A stretch of DNA of 64,000 nucleotides, from positions 106,888,001-106,952,000 of the forward strand of contig OX597818.1 in the NCBI GenBank assembly GCA_951406725.2, read 5' to 3'. Every line of letters starts with the position of its first letter. Position 1 is the first letter of the stretch. Below, in pieces: positions 53,135 to 64,000 of the stretch. Source of the stretch: Octopus vulgaris (taxonomy: Eukaryota). The notes beneath the pieces were generated by a model. It was given only the letters and a program-made list of their open reading frames with translations, was not told the origin of the DNA and made no database searches. A program made the translations under genes and the position numbers.

Positions 53135-53480
53135 GACTGACATTTCTTTACACACATTTTCCAATATTGTTCCACCAACTTCTGTAATGCATTGTGATCA
53201 CGGTCCTGTTGTGAAGAAAGCTTACAGATTTTGACTCCTCTATTCACACAAACCAAACCATCCAGTTACTGATCATTCACGTTAATGGTCAGAGTTGATG
53301 GCCTCTCAGTGCATGGTTTGTCTTCAACATTGGCTTCTTCTTTAAACTCTCTCCTCCACCTCTGCATATAACTCTTAACAATGATGTCATCTCTATAAGC
53401 AATCTATGGATTTTTGTGGATCTTCGACAGCCTGCACCCTTCCTTCACCAAGAACTCTATGAAAGCACGTTACCTCATTA
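53135..53480 (-). mobile_element. Internally deleted mariner-family transposase remnant
   Basis: RAFIEFLVKEG...QRWRREFKEE..VEDKPCTERPST (HTH region) joined directly to C-terminal LQKLVEQYWKMCV. Confidence 0.75.
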
Positions 53481-54050
53481 TTTATCTGCAATGAAGAACT
53501 GAGAAAAAGAGTTCTACACAGGAGCTGTTACTCTAATAGGTGCAATTTGAAGAATCTTGTCAGCTAATAAAACATTTATGCCACACAGGTGAATGTAATA
53601 TTGTATTAAAGGTGATATACAGGCAAAGATGATGTAATGGTGAATGCAATATAAAAGCAAGGGTAATTGATGGTACAAGGTGATATAGAGAAAGTAATAT
53701 AACAAAGATTAGGCACCTGTAAAGTTAATATGATAACTGTGACAGGAAATATAAAGGTGAAATTAATAGGCAATTAAAAGTAAAATGATGGTACAGGTAA
53801 TGTAAAAGTGAAAATAATATGTTGTTGAATATAGTACAGGTAATATACAGGTTAATGAACTCTAATGGTGAAGGTAATATACAGGTTTAGGTGATATATA
53901 AGACAAGGTAATGTAATGGCAACTATAATATATACAGGTGAAGCTAATATACAGCTGAAAGTACTATACAGTCAAATATTATATAAAAGTAAAAGTAACT
54001 TAATAATTAAGTTGGTAACATTCAGGTGATGGTTATATAAAGATGTATAA

Positions 54051-54358
54051 AGGTTGCGAGCTGGCAGAAACGTTGGTCTGCCAGGCAGACTGCTTGGCGG
54101 CATTTCGTCTGTCTTTACGATTAAGGAAGGTGGCGAGTTGGCAGACACGTTAGCATGCTGGGCGAAATGCTTAGTGGTATTTCGTCTGTCGTCACGTTCT
54201 GAGTTCAAATTCCGCCGAGGTTGACTTTGCCTTTCATCCTTTCAGGGATGATAAATAAAGTACCAGTTTGCACTGGGGTCGATGTAATCGCCTTAATCCC
54301 TTTGTCTGTCCTTGTTTGTCCCCTCTATGTTTAGCCCCTTGTGGGCAATAAAGAAATA
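54051..54358 (+). mobile_element. SINE family B with a duplicated head (partial head 54051-54120, full copy from ~54127)
   Basis: GCGAG(C/T)TGGCAGA.ACGTT...ATTTCGTCTGTC occurs twice. Confidence 0.88.
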
Positions 54359-55159
54359 TATATAAAGATGGATATGAAATAATGGTGGAGCTAGTATACA
54401 TATGGAGGTACAAAATCCAGTGAAAGCAATGTGGAGGTAAAGGCATAGAACGACAAGGCATAGAATGCTAACAGTAAATGAGAAGATAATGAAAGGGAGA
54501 AAGAAATCGAGAGGTGAAAATAAAATAATATGAAGTATATACATAACAAGATGTTTTATAATAGAGTGGCTGATATAATAATTTTATTGTATCTGGGGAG
54601 AGTCATTCTCTTTTGGTGCCTTACTAATTTAACGCACACACCGGTCTGATTTCCACTCAATTTACTTATATATTTTTACTAAAATTTTCATTGTGTCTTG
54701 CAACCTTTTCAATAGTTGTTGACTCTGTCCATTACTCACACTGCATTCTTTGCTTGTTTACGCATATGCATGTGCATCAGTGTATGCGTGCATACAGATG
54801 TATGTATGCATGTATGTATGTATGTATGTATGTATGTATGTATGTGTGTATGTATGTACATGTATGCATGTATGTGTGTGTCTGTATGCATATATATATA
54901 TGCATGCATGTGTGCATGTTTGTATATGTATTCTGCATATCCATGTGCTTGTGTGTTCATGTTTGTGTGATTGTGTGTGTTTCTGTGTTTGTGTGTGTGT
55001 TTGTGTTCATGTTAGTGTGTTTGTATGTGTGTGTGTCTGTATATGTGTGTGTGTGTACCTCTGTCTCTTTGTGTGTGCATGTTTGTTTGTGTCTGTGTAT
55101 GAGTTTGTGTGACTATATAAACTGTGGGTTTTGGGATATGACACAATCTAAGTATATTC

Positions 55160-55510
55160 CCTATTTAGTACAGGGGACGTTTCTTTGATAAGGTAGTGGG
55201 CAGCGATTTTCTTCACTACTTCAGGGAATGACGACCCTGCCTGACACGAGTCCCAGGCTTAGCTGGCTCCGGCTGACAGTACCCAGTATGGGCCCTTATC
55301 CAGGGTTACAGAAATCCGTTGTGGAACCCTGTAGGCAGTTTAGTGTTCGACTTGATACTCTTCCGGCAGCTCCTGCAACCAAGCTGGTGCCAAACGTAAT
55401 GCTCTGCACTCCTTTGGACTACGTCAGCAAGGTTGAGAGAGGAATCCTGACGATTGGGCTGCCCAGGATTTTCTTACATCTAGCCCAGGCCTGAGCAAAA
55501 CTGGAGAGGA
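55160..55510. repeat. GC-richer unclassified segment inside the PLE spacer, possibly a LINE 5' UTR or other insertion
   Basis: Composition and CpG content contrast with the flanks; no second copy in the window. Confidence 0.35.
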
Positions 55511-55589
55511 CATGAAATGTAAAAATCAAACTGGATTAGTTTATGCACAACTCCATTATCTCCCGAAACAAAAGGATGCGAACAACAAA

Positions 55590-55832
55590 CTCTTGCACTT
55601 AACTGAGTGTTGGGTCCTTTGGGTACTTGGATAAAATGTGGATGTCAAACTGAGCCAGTATGCCTCCATGTTGGTCTTTGACTTGTTGGTTGAGTATGGA
55701 GGATTGTTTTTTGTTGTCATTTCGTCTCTCTGCAATGCTTCTAGATGTCTCACTTACGTATATCATGTTCATGTCTTTACAAGCACCCTCTATGTACTTT
55801 ATGCTGTAGACTACATTTCTAGTTCTGCAGTT
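55590..55832 (-). pseudogene. Decayed GIY-YIG endonuclease of a Penelope-like element
   Basis: NCRTRNVVYSIKYIEGACKDMNMIYVSETSRSIAERRND...SILNQQVKDQHGG...FDIHILSKYPKDPTLS*VQE. Confidence 0.8.
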
Positions 55833-57726
55833 AATGTTGGGTTAATCTTACATACCATGGAGCTATCATTGGTGCATGTCATATTCTCAAAGGCGTATGT
55901 CCAACATAGTTGTGATCTGATGGAGCTCCCTGTCACACAAACCCATACATAGACACACACAAACATGCACACACAAGGAGACAGAGATACAAACACAAAT
56001 GCATACACACACATACAGACACACACACACATACACAAACACACAAACACACACAAACACACAAACATGAACACAAACACACACACAACAAACACAAACA
56101 CACAAACACATGAACACACAAGTACATGGATATGCAGAATACATACATACATACAAACGTGCACACATACATACATATATGTGTACGCACACGCATACAT
56201 GCATACACACACATATGTGTATGCACATGCACACACATGTGCACAAACAAACAAAAGAATGACCATTGTTCTGATAATGGGCAGAGTGAACAACTACTGA
56301 AAAAGCTTGCATGACGCAACAAAAATTGTAGTAAAAATAATTGAGTGAAAATGAGACTGGTGAGTGTGTTGAATTAATAAGGCACTAAAAGAGAATGACT
56401 CTCTGCACAACAAAATATACTTCAATACATGAATTCACATAAAGAATCTTGCAAACCAAGTACAAAAACAGAATAATATAATGGTGAATGTGATTTACAA
56501 GTTAAGGTAATAGGCAGGTAAAGACAATACATCAGTAAAGATAATACACAGGTGGTGTTGATAGAAATGTAAAATTTAACCCCCCCCCCTCCTTAAACAT
56601 GGAGGTTTTGTTAGAACAAACTTTACTGGAGAAAATGCTTAGCAACATTTCTTCTAACTTCACATTCCGAGTTTAAATGCTGCATCGATCACGTTCGAAT
56701 AGTGCTTTTTACGTGCCACTGGCACAGGTGCCATCAGCATGAGAGCCTGTAAAACTTTATAAATATTTTATTCATTCACTGAGTTTTTTTTCTAATAATG
56801 GAGATAAACAAATGTCATTGGATTAAGTTAGTGAATTCTAAGTATGAAAAGAAACAAAAATTATCATAAAACAAAAGAAAAAGAAAAAACCCAAACATAC
56901 AACAGAAGAAAAAAGGATGAAAAGAAAGAAAAACACAAAAAGACATGGAAGAGAACGAGACGTTAATTGAACGTGGATCAGAGGAGCAACCCCCCCCCCC
57001 GCCCCGTAACAGCTTTTATAAAATGAAAATACAGCAACAACAACAACAACAGCTACATCAGATGTCTTAGATATGAGAACTTTTGCTATTCTAATGCGTG
57101 CTTAGCAATTTGAGGCAAGAGTGAAAATCTTCTCATTTGTTTCCTGCCATAACACAGAAGAAGCAAGTGAAATCAATGGAATTTCAGAGGAGAAACAGAA
57201 GCGGCGGATCTTTACCAAAAATTAATATCTTTGATAACAGATGAGCTTATGAATGTTATTTGGAACTGCTAAGTATATCCAAGTAGATTTAATACTTAAA
57301 TCAAAAGATGAGGATTACAGGTTAAAAGTTGCTGTTGTTTGTTTTATTGTTTGTTGGAATGATTGTTATTCGTTGCACTAAGGTTATTTTCTATCCTGTT
57401 ATTGGTTTGTTGTTATTGTTGTTATTGTTCATATTACTGGTAATGGTGGTTGTAGCGGTGATGGTGATGGTGGTGATGGTGTGTGTATGTGTGTGTGTTA
57501 TCCTATGTCTTACTGTTTGCTGTTGCAGTGGTTGATGCTACCACTGCTACTACCATTGATGTTGTTTTACAGTTTTTGCCACTGTTGTTGTTGTTGTTGT
57601 TGTTTGACCCCAGATCAGCCCTGAGAAGACACATAAGATTAAATGCACTCCAGCCTTGACCATCCCATTGTTCTTGGTGAAGATTATGAATTTGTAGCTG
57701 CTGCTATTGGTGTTATTATTATTATT

Positions 57727-58140
57727 GAGTGAGAGAGCTGTGCACTGGGGTAAAATATACGTAGCCCAATACACCCATCATGACTACCCGTCTCTACACC
57801 AGGCACATGCATCACAACCATACGTGTGTGACATGGTGATCTCATATCAAGATAAACAGCACATGACCTTCCAGGTGGGGCCCAGTTAGAATTGTCTTCT
57901 GGTTGAGTAGCCCATCCCGCTCAAAAGGTCCCTGAATAAGGATTGTTTAAGGATGTTGAACGAACCACCCATGTTTCCAAATGTGAATTATTGAAACCTC
58001 TAAGAATTCCTTTCAACACGTGGCTATGATGCTTCCCTACTATTTCTGCTTGTGATCAGAGATGCACATATCGTCAGCCACTAAGGGACATGCTCAACTG
58101 GTTAGGGTCAAACAATCGACCAGCAAATCTGTGGTATTAA
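57727..58140 (-). mobile_element. Interspersed repeat family F, longer copy, ending in (AAT)n
   Basis: Matches 48778-49100, with the same end ...CTCTCTCACTC(AAT)n on minus strand. Confidence 0.85.
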
Positions 58141-59357
58141 CAGGTGCAACAATGAAATGATGGGAAGGCAGCTCTTTCAAGCAGTGAATGTAAGACAATG
58201 TTTTAAAAATGAGACTAAGACATTTTGTCCAGGACTGCCATATATAATATGTGTCAATGTTGGAGTGGAATCTTGTCCTGATTTTATTCCATATTAAAGT
58301 ACATCATGAAACTTCATCTAAAATTCAATATACATTGATAACTCTCCAAAAAACATAACAAGGAGTCGGCAAATGAAGCAAGAACTATAATAGATAATGA
58401 TGTAAAAAATCAAATTTAACGAAACAACATTGGAAGCCATAAGCAAAAGAACAAAACCATTGTGATGGAGATGAAACAAGGCTGAACATGGAAACGGTTC
58501 TTGTCTGATGAATTTGAAAGTTAGTGAAAGACCCTGGCAATTGACTAAACTACAGTGTATTACTGGTATTTCTTTTATCCACTTCTGAGGAACAAAAAAG
58601 CAAATTTACTTCCTGGTGGAATTTAAACTCAAAGCATGAAGAAGCATATCTAAAAGACTTGAAATGGTTTGAAGTAATTCTTAGTAAATATTTACAACAA
58701 AAGAACGACTTTTGGTTTTGGTCAGAGAAGTGTACCAACTCCACAATTAATGGGCCACAATGAAATAACTCGTGATTTACATAATATCCTGAGTTTAAAT
58801 TCCATGGAGGTCAAGTTAGTTTTGCCTAATTCTTATCCAAGGGTTAGTAAACTAAGAATCAAAGACATGTTTTAATGAATAAACAGGCACACTTCTTTAT
58901 TGTGAGGGTGGAGAGCCATTTAAAGGAGGCTGATCTGGTCTGGTTTCATGGCATGAAACAAGAGATAAATACTTCCTCATTATGATGATGACCTGTTACA
59001 GGTGAAAAGTTCCTTATTGATCAGGTTGTACCTTTTCTCAGCATATGAATGTAGGGAAGTAGCATAGAATCAAAGCAATTTGGGGCAGGTGGCCCCTTGC
59101 AGCTTATAAATAGGGAATTGTCTTGTGTGGTCAGCCATCTTGGTTGTGATTCTGTTGAGGATTCTTGCAGTTTGTTGTTACTTTTTGTAATAGTTGTTGT
59201 TGTTGTTGTGATGGAGGTGGTGGTGGTAGCAGTGAGCATAAATGTGATGAAAGGGATGTGTTGGTGGTATGGGTAGCAGCAAGAGTAAAGATGGCGGAGG
59301 TGGAGGTGGTGGTAAAAGTGGTATCCACTGCAACTTACTACATTTACAAATGTCTAA

Positions 59358-59640
59358 AGATGATGATGACGATGATGATGGTGATGGTGATGATGATGGT
59401 GATGATGATGATGATGATGATGATGGTAACAATGAAGTTATTTACGTTGAAGATGAGAATGAGGAAGAAGAGGATTTGGGAGCAGCAAACAAAATGTCTC
59501 TTGTAGATAACATCGACATCACAACCTTTACCACCACTGGCACCACTGCCACCAGCATCACCACCATTACTATCACAATCATCATCATCACCATCAACAT
59601 CAAAATTACTGTTGTCATCATCATCATCATCATCACCATA
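59358..59640. repeat. (GAT/GGT)n and (CAT/CAC)n microsatellite cluster
   Basis: Direct reading. Confidence 0.9.
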
Positions 59641-60265
59641 CACAGGAATGGTAGCAGTAACAGCAACAACAACATGAAGACAAAAGAGACCCTATCCCAG
59701 ATTTAGAATTTAACAAGCTGTATACCTTTTGGTTATTATTTCAAACTAAGGATTTCTTTGTTTATTGTAGTTGTTTTTAAACTAATTTATGAATCTTATG
59801 GGCAAATAGAGAGACCATTATTAATTAGTTGACATCATTAACAGCAAAAGAAACTTCATTTAGCTTTTACACATATGGAAGATAAGAGAAAAAAAAACTA
59901 ACCCCTTTAAAAGCTGAACTCCCTGCTTGACCTCTGACCTCTTCTTGCAACTACAGCACCAGTCATTACCATCCAGTATAATTTACATAGCCTTAGTTCC
60001 AACGTACCTTTCAGGCATACTGAGGTATTCCAGGAGTGGCCATCCCATTTAATTACTTTTATCTGGGACACATTGAATGTGTCCTTTATTTATAATGGAA
60101 GTGTTTGATTTGAAGGAAATCCAGCTGCTGTATTTAACATTAAAATTTCCCCCGTTTAATTAATATGTATTTGTATATTTGTTTGTGGGAATATTAATCA
60201 AAGTATACAGCATTATAGAGCCATTTCAGCTGATCTCATCAATTGGTTTTGCACTGGGTATTAGA

Positions 60266-60401
60266 TAACCAGATATTATATGACAGAATGGCTAAGTAAT
60301 ACCGCATGCTCTTCAGAGATGGTCAAAATGCTTTACCATATCTGTCATCTCTGAAGAGCACATAGTATTACCTAACCTTGCTGTTATATAATATCTGGTT
60401 A
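60266..60401. repeat. Imperfect hairpin, 56-bp arms 60266-60321 and 60346-60401
   Basis: TAACCAGATATTATAT...TGCTCTTCAGAGATG inverted; contains CTGAAGAG. Confidence 0.8.
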
Positions 60402-60519
60402 CACTCCACTCAATATTATTAATAAATTTCACTCTACAAAATATAGAGAGTCTCATCCTAAACAGATGCCTCATTCTTTTCTACAAGTCAATCAACACCA
60501 TTACTACACATACATGTGA

Positions 60520-60525
60520 GCACAC

Positions 60526-60598
<73 letters not shown>

Positions 60599-60722
60599 AC
60601 ACATGCACACAATACATACGCACAATATACACACACAAAATACACACACAGTATGCACACATTACACACACACATGCATGATATACACACGCATGTGCAC
60701 AAAACACACACATATATGTATA
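60520..60722. repeat. (CA)n compound microsatellite
   Basis: Direct reading. Confidence 0.95.
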
Positions 60723-61600
60723 TAGATAGGGAAATAAAGACTTGCTTACTCATATATAATGTGAGAAATTTGATGCCAGCTCTCATGCCAGAATTGCTGG
60801 GCTAACATTACAGTCGAATCTGAAGGAGGATAAAAGGTTAAAATAATATTGGCGATGATTTTTTAGGGAAAAAAGCTTGGTGGTGGTGAGTTTTGTATTT
60901 GAGATGGTATTGTACTTCAGTAAATATAGGAGATAAACAGGGCGATAAAGTAACAATTAGCAAGCTAGACAGGTTTATTGACTACAAAAATTGTATATTA
61001 TGTTACAGTAATATATTTTAGAATAATAGTTTTTCACATCAACATAGTATATAATTGATGAAAGAAAGGAAACTATATGAATCTTAAAGTAAGTGAAAGA
61101 TAAATGAGTTGCATTGTGGGATATGTATTTAAATTAGACAATCAGGAAAGTAAAAGGAAGAAGCATGGTATTTCTTTACTCCAGCAAAATACATAAGTGA
61201 AAGTGCTAGCAGTAGTAGTAGTAGTAGTAGTAGTAGTTGTAGTAGTAGTAGTAGTAGTAGATGTGTAGTGGAGATGTTGAAGTAATTAAATAATGTTACA
61301 AACTTCAACAACAAGCAAAAGAGAATTCTTTGTCAGAAAGGTGTTCACTTAACATGGAGACTGACTTTAGTTTAAATTCTCATCTTTCTCAAAGAGAAAG
61401 TGACACTTAGATGTTCTGTCAGGAAATGGTACATGTCACCTGATAGTACCATTTCTTTCATTTTAACTGAAATAAAGTTAAGATGAAAGTATTTTATTTT
61501 ATACTTTTCTTCTTCTTTTTTTCTTTACATTATTGATTTAGTGGTAAGTTCATGGTTTACATTACATTCTCCATATCATTATTTAGAGTGTTAGCAGATG

Positions 61601-61643
<43 letters not shown>

Positions 61644-62414
61644 TCATTCATTCTTTCTTTCTTTCTTCTTCCCTTTTTTACTTATTGACCCTTTTCAGTG
61701 TTATTGACAGTGTGAAGGAGGGAAGGGAAGGAATTAGCGAGAAGGGGGGGAGAAAGTGTATAGGGGGAGCAGGGGGTTGAGAGGAAAGTGAGATGCGGAG
61801 GGAATGAGTGTGTGCCAAATTTCAACATGGAATCGTAAGTTAAAGAGAAACAACCAAATGATTGAGAAACTCAAATAAAAAAATGACAAAACATAAATGA
61901 AAAAAATAATTCACATAGCTAAAAGATAAAAAATAAAAAAACAAAACCTTAAAAAGCATTAAAATATATTGCAAAAAATATAAAAAATAAAGAAGGTAAA
62001 GCTGTATAGTTATAGCAAAGAATAACCAAAACCTATTTGAAGATCAATTTAACATCTAAAAGAGATTAAATACATCCATATTGATTGCCATAATCCAATT
62101 ATTGCAGAATTATTGGTTTGGTAGAAGTTAGCTAACCATGTTTGTTCGGAGTCAGAAAGTAGATGTCTGGCAATAATATTAATTCATTCGTTTTAAATCT
62201 AAACCACTCACCTTAAACAGGTAATGTAATGGCTTCACTGGGTCTTGTTCGGATTTAGTGAAACACAACCAGATTTTTGACTTTTAGTCAATCCTTTTAA
62301 ACAGCTTCCAATAATTTCCAATGTAATCACATGGCTACATGTTCGTTAGGAATCGTCGTCGTCGCCGTCATTGTCGTTGTCATCATCATCATCATCATCA
62401 TCGTTGTTGTTTAC

Positions 62415-62610
62415 TTCACTTAATATCCAATTCCATGCTGGAATGGCTTGCATTATTTGACAGGAACTGGCAAGGCCAGAGTGCTGCACCAGGCTACATG
62501 TCATGTCTGCTTTGGCAATGGTTTCTATGGCTGGGTGATGCCCTTCCTAATGCCAACCACTTTACAGAATAAACTAAGTGTTTTTTATGTGACACCAGCA
62601 CAGGTGCTTT
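62415..62610 (-). mobile_element. RTE 3'-UTR-type repeat (family D)
   Basis: TTCCATGCTGG...GATGCCCTTCCTAATGCCAACCACTTTACAG. Confidence 0.75.
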
Positions 62611-63057
62611 ATACATTAGGAATGTCTGATCAACTAAATTCACCTCAATACTCTTTTAATGTTTATTTAATTAAGCTCACAAGTGTGAAATGTAGAGTCT
62701 CTCCAGACAGGATTTGAACCCAGAAAGTAAATGTACATAACTAAATGCCCCAAACTAGTTTGTCTACTGCTTTACTAAGTCCACTATTTAATTGCCCACC
62801 TACACAATTTTAGTACAATACAAATTCTGTTGGCTATCGTTTACTTGTGAGGGAAGCTTTGTAAAACAGAATGATTTCACTAAATATTTTGCCTGCTCAT
62901 GTAGTCATAATCAGAAACAGATGCCTTTGGGACCCCTCACACTTGATTCTGTGGAACATCCAGGATTGGACAGCCTAAGGAAGGGAGGACTTAACCAACA
63001 CCTGACTAGTACTCATTACAGATTAGCAGGTAGGTGTAATTGGAAATAAAGTGCCTT

Positions 63058-63284
63058 GCTTTATTGCCCACAAGGGGCTAAACATAGAGGGGACAAACAA
63101 GGATAGACAAAGGGATTAAGTCGATTACATTGACCCCAGTGCGTAACTGGTACTTAATTTATCGACCCCGAAAAGATGAAAGGCAAAGTCGACCTTGGCA
63201 GAATTTGAACTCAGAATGTAACGGCAGACGAAATACCACTAAGCATTTCGCCCGGCATGCTAAGGTTTCTGCCAGTTCACCACC
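63058..63284 (-). mobile_element. SINE family B, full length
   Basis: Closely similar to 19410-19649. Confidence 0.9.
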
Positions 63285-63756
63285 ACCTCTTCCTCTTCTT
63301 CTTCTAGTAACAAAACGAAGTTACTCTTCTGCTAAAGAATATCAACGTAGTATCATAAGATCTCCCCATCTGGATTAGACTGGTCATTGTATGATCTGAG
63401 CTCAAGTATGGTTGCAGCGATCTTTGCCTGTAATTCTTCTTCTGTTACCAAGCAATACTCTCAGTTATATTGACAACATGTGCTGCTGAATACGGTATTG
63501 TACCTAATTAAATAAATTGGTGGAAAACGGTCTTGTGCCTAATTAAAAGAGATCAGGATAACGTGCTGCTCCTCTCCTGATGAAATTATAAAATAGCATT
63601 CAAGGTAATGAAGACGCAGCTCAGAAGAGAAGGAGAGATAATGAAAGGATAAAGAAAGGGGGGAGGTTGGGGGAAAAACTGTGTGGAAAGGGTTGATAAT
63701 GAGAATGAGGGCTTAGATGTTATAAGGGCTTGGTTCTAAGAGGGGAAGGAAATAAT

Positions 63757-63757
<1 letters not shown>

Positions 63758-63791
<34 letters not shown>

Positions 63792-64000
63792 TTAACATCT
63801 ATTTCCCATGTCAGCAGGGATTGTATGGTTTGACAGGAGCCAGTAAGGCCCCAAGCCATGCTAGATTCCATTGTCTGTTTTGGTGAGGGTTCTATAGTTG
63901 GATGCCCTTCCTAATGCCAACCACTTTACAGAATGGACTGGGTAGTGCTGTTTATGTAGCATCAGCACCAAAAAGATCACCAAGTACCTTGCAAGGTAAA
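63758..64000 (-). mobile_element. RTE 3'-UTR-type repeat (family D) with (CAT)n tail, running off the window
   Basis: TTTAACATCTATTTCCCATG...GGATGCCCTTCCTAATGCCAACCACTTTACAG. Confidence 0.78.

Larger units (their letters stand above)
54587..56470 (-). mobile_element. Truncated Penelope-like element with ~500-bp inverted pLTR arms (54587-55113 and 55932-56415)
   Basis: Arms are reverse complements including their (TG)-rich parts; they enclose a GIY-YIG remnant and each has a hammerhead-like motif. Confidence 0.85.
52160..56570. repeat. Degenerate ~17-bp minisatellite (consensus ~GGTAATATACAGGTGAA) surviving as blocks 52160-52580, 53585-54050, 54360-54560, 56470-56570
   Basis: Recurrent GGTGAA / GGTAATATA / ACAGGT words in every block. 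Confidence 0.7.

Noticed and set aside
55441-55475. CTGACGA followed by TGGGC/GCCCA as a hammerhead
   Set aside because: No GAAA box follows and the loop is too short; it reads as a simple hairpin.
60016-60066. Resemblance to antisense 5S rRNA 3' half
   Set aside because: Short and gapped; better explained by the match to the repeat tail at 29898-29924.

Overview
Eukaryotic, AT-rich, extremely microsatellite- and repeat-dense DNA. It is most probably an octopus (coleoid cephalopod) intronic or intergenic region; this is inferred from SINE and RTE families I recognise from memory, not from a search. I see no intact host protein-coding gene, no rRNA, no true tRNA gene and no CRISPR array, and almost all listed ORFs are microsatellite read-throughs. 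Supported content: several tRNA-derived SINE families; decayed RTE, R4/Dong, L1/Tx1 and Penelope-like (PLE) retrotransposon fragments; two Tc1/mariner remnants; a Helentron-type HINE carrying a young RTE insertion with an 11-bp TSD; and an old ~17-bp minisatellite split by nested insertions. The most striking signal is about ten fold-back (inverted-repeat) elements, several carrying minimal type-I hammerhead ribozyme motifs of the PLE kind. One encloses a decayed GIY-YIG endonuclease (54587-56470). Another (48544-49439, 13-bp TSD) is a palindromic unit in which a tRNA-like Pol III head is joined through (AAT)n to a hammerhead-bearing PLE-type tail, a candidate Penelope-mobilised ribozyme SINE or retrozyme. 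Coordinates of degenerate repeats are approximate.
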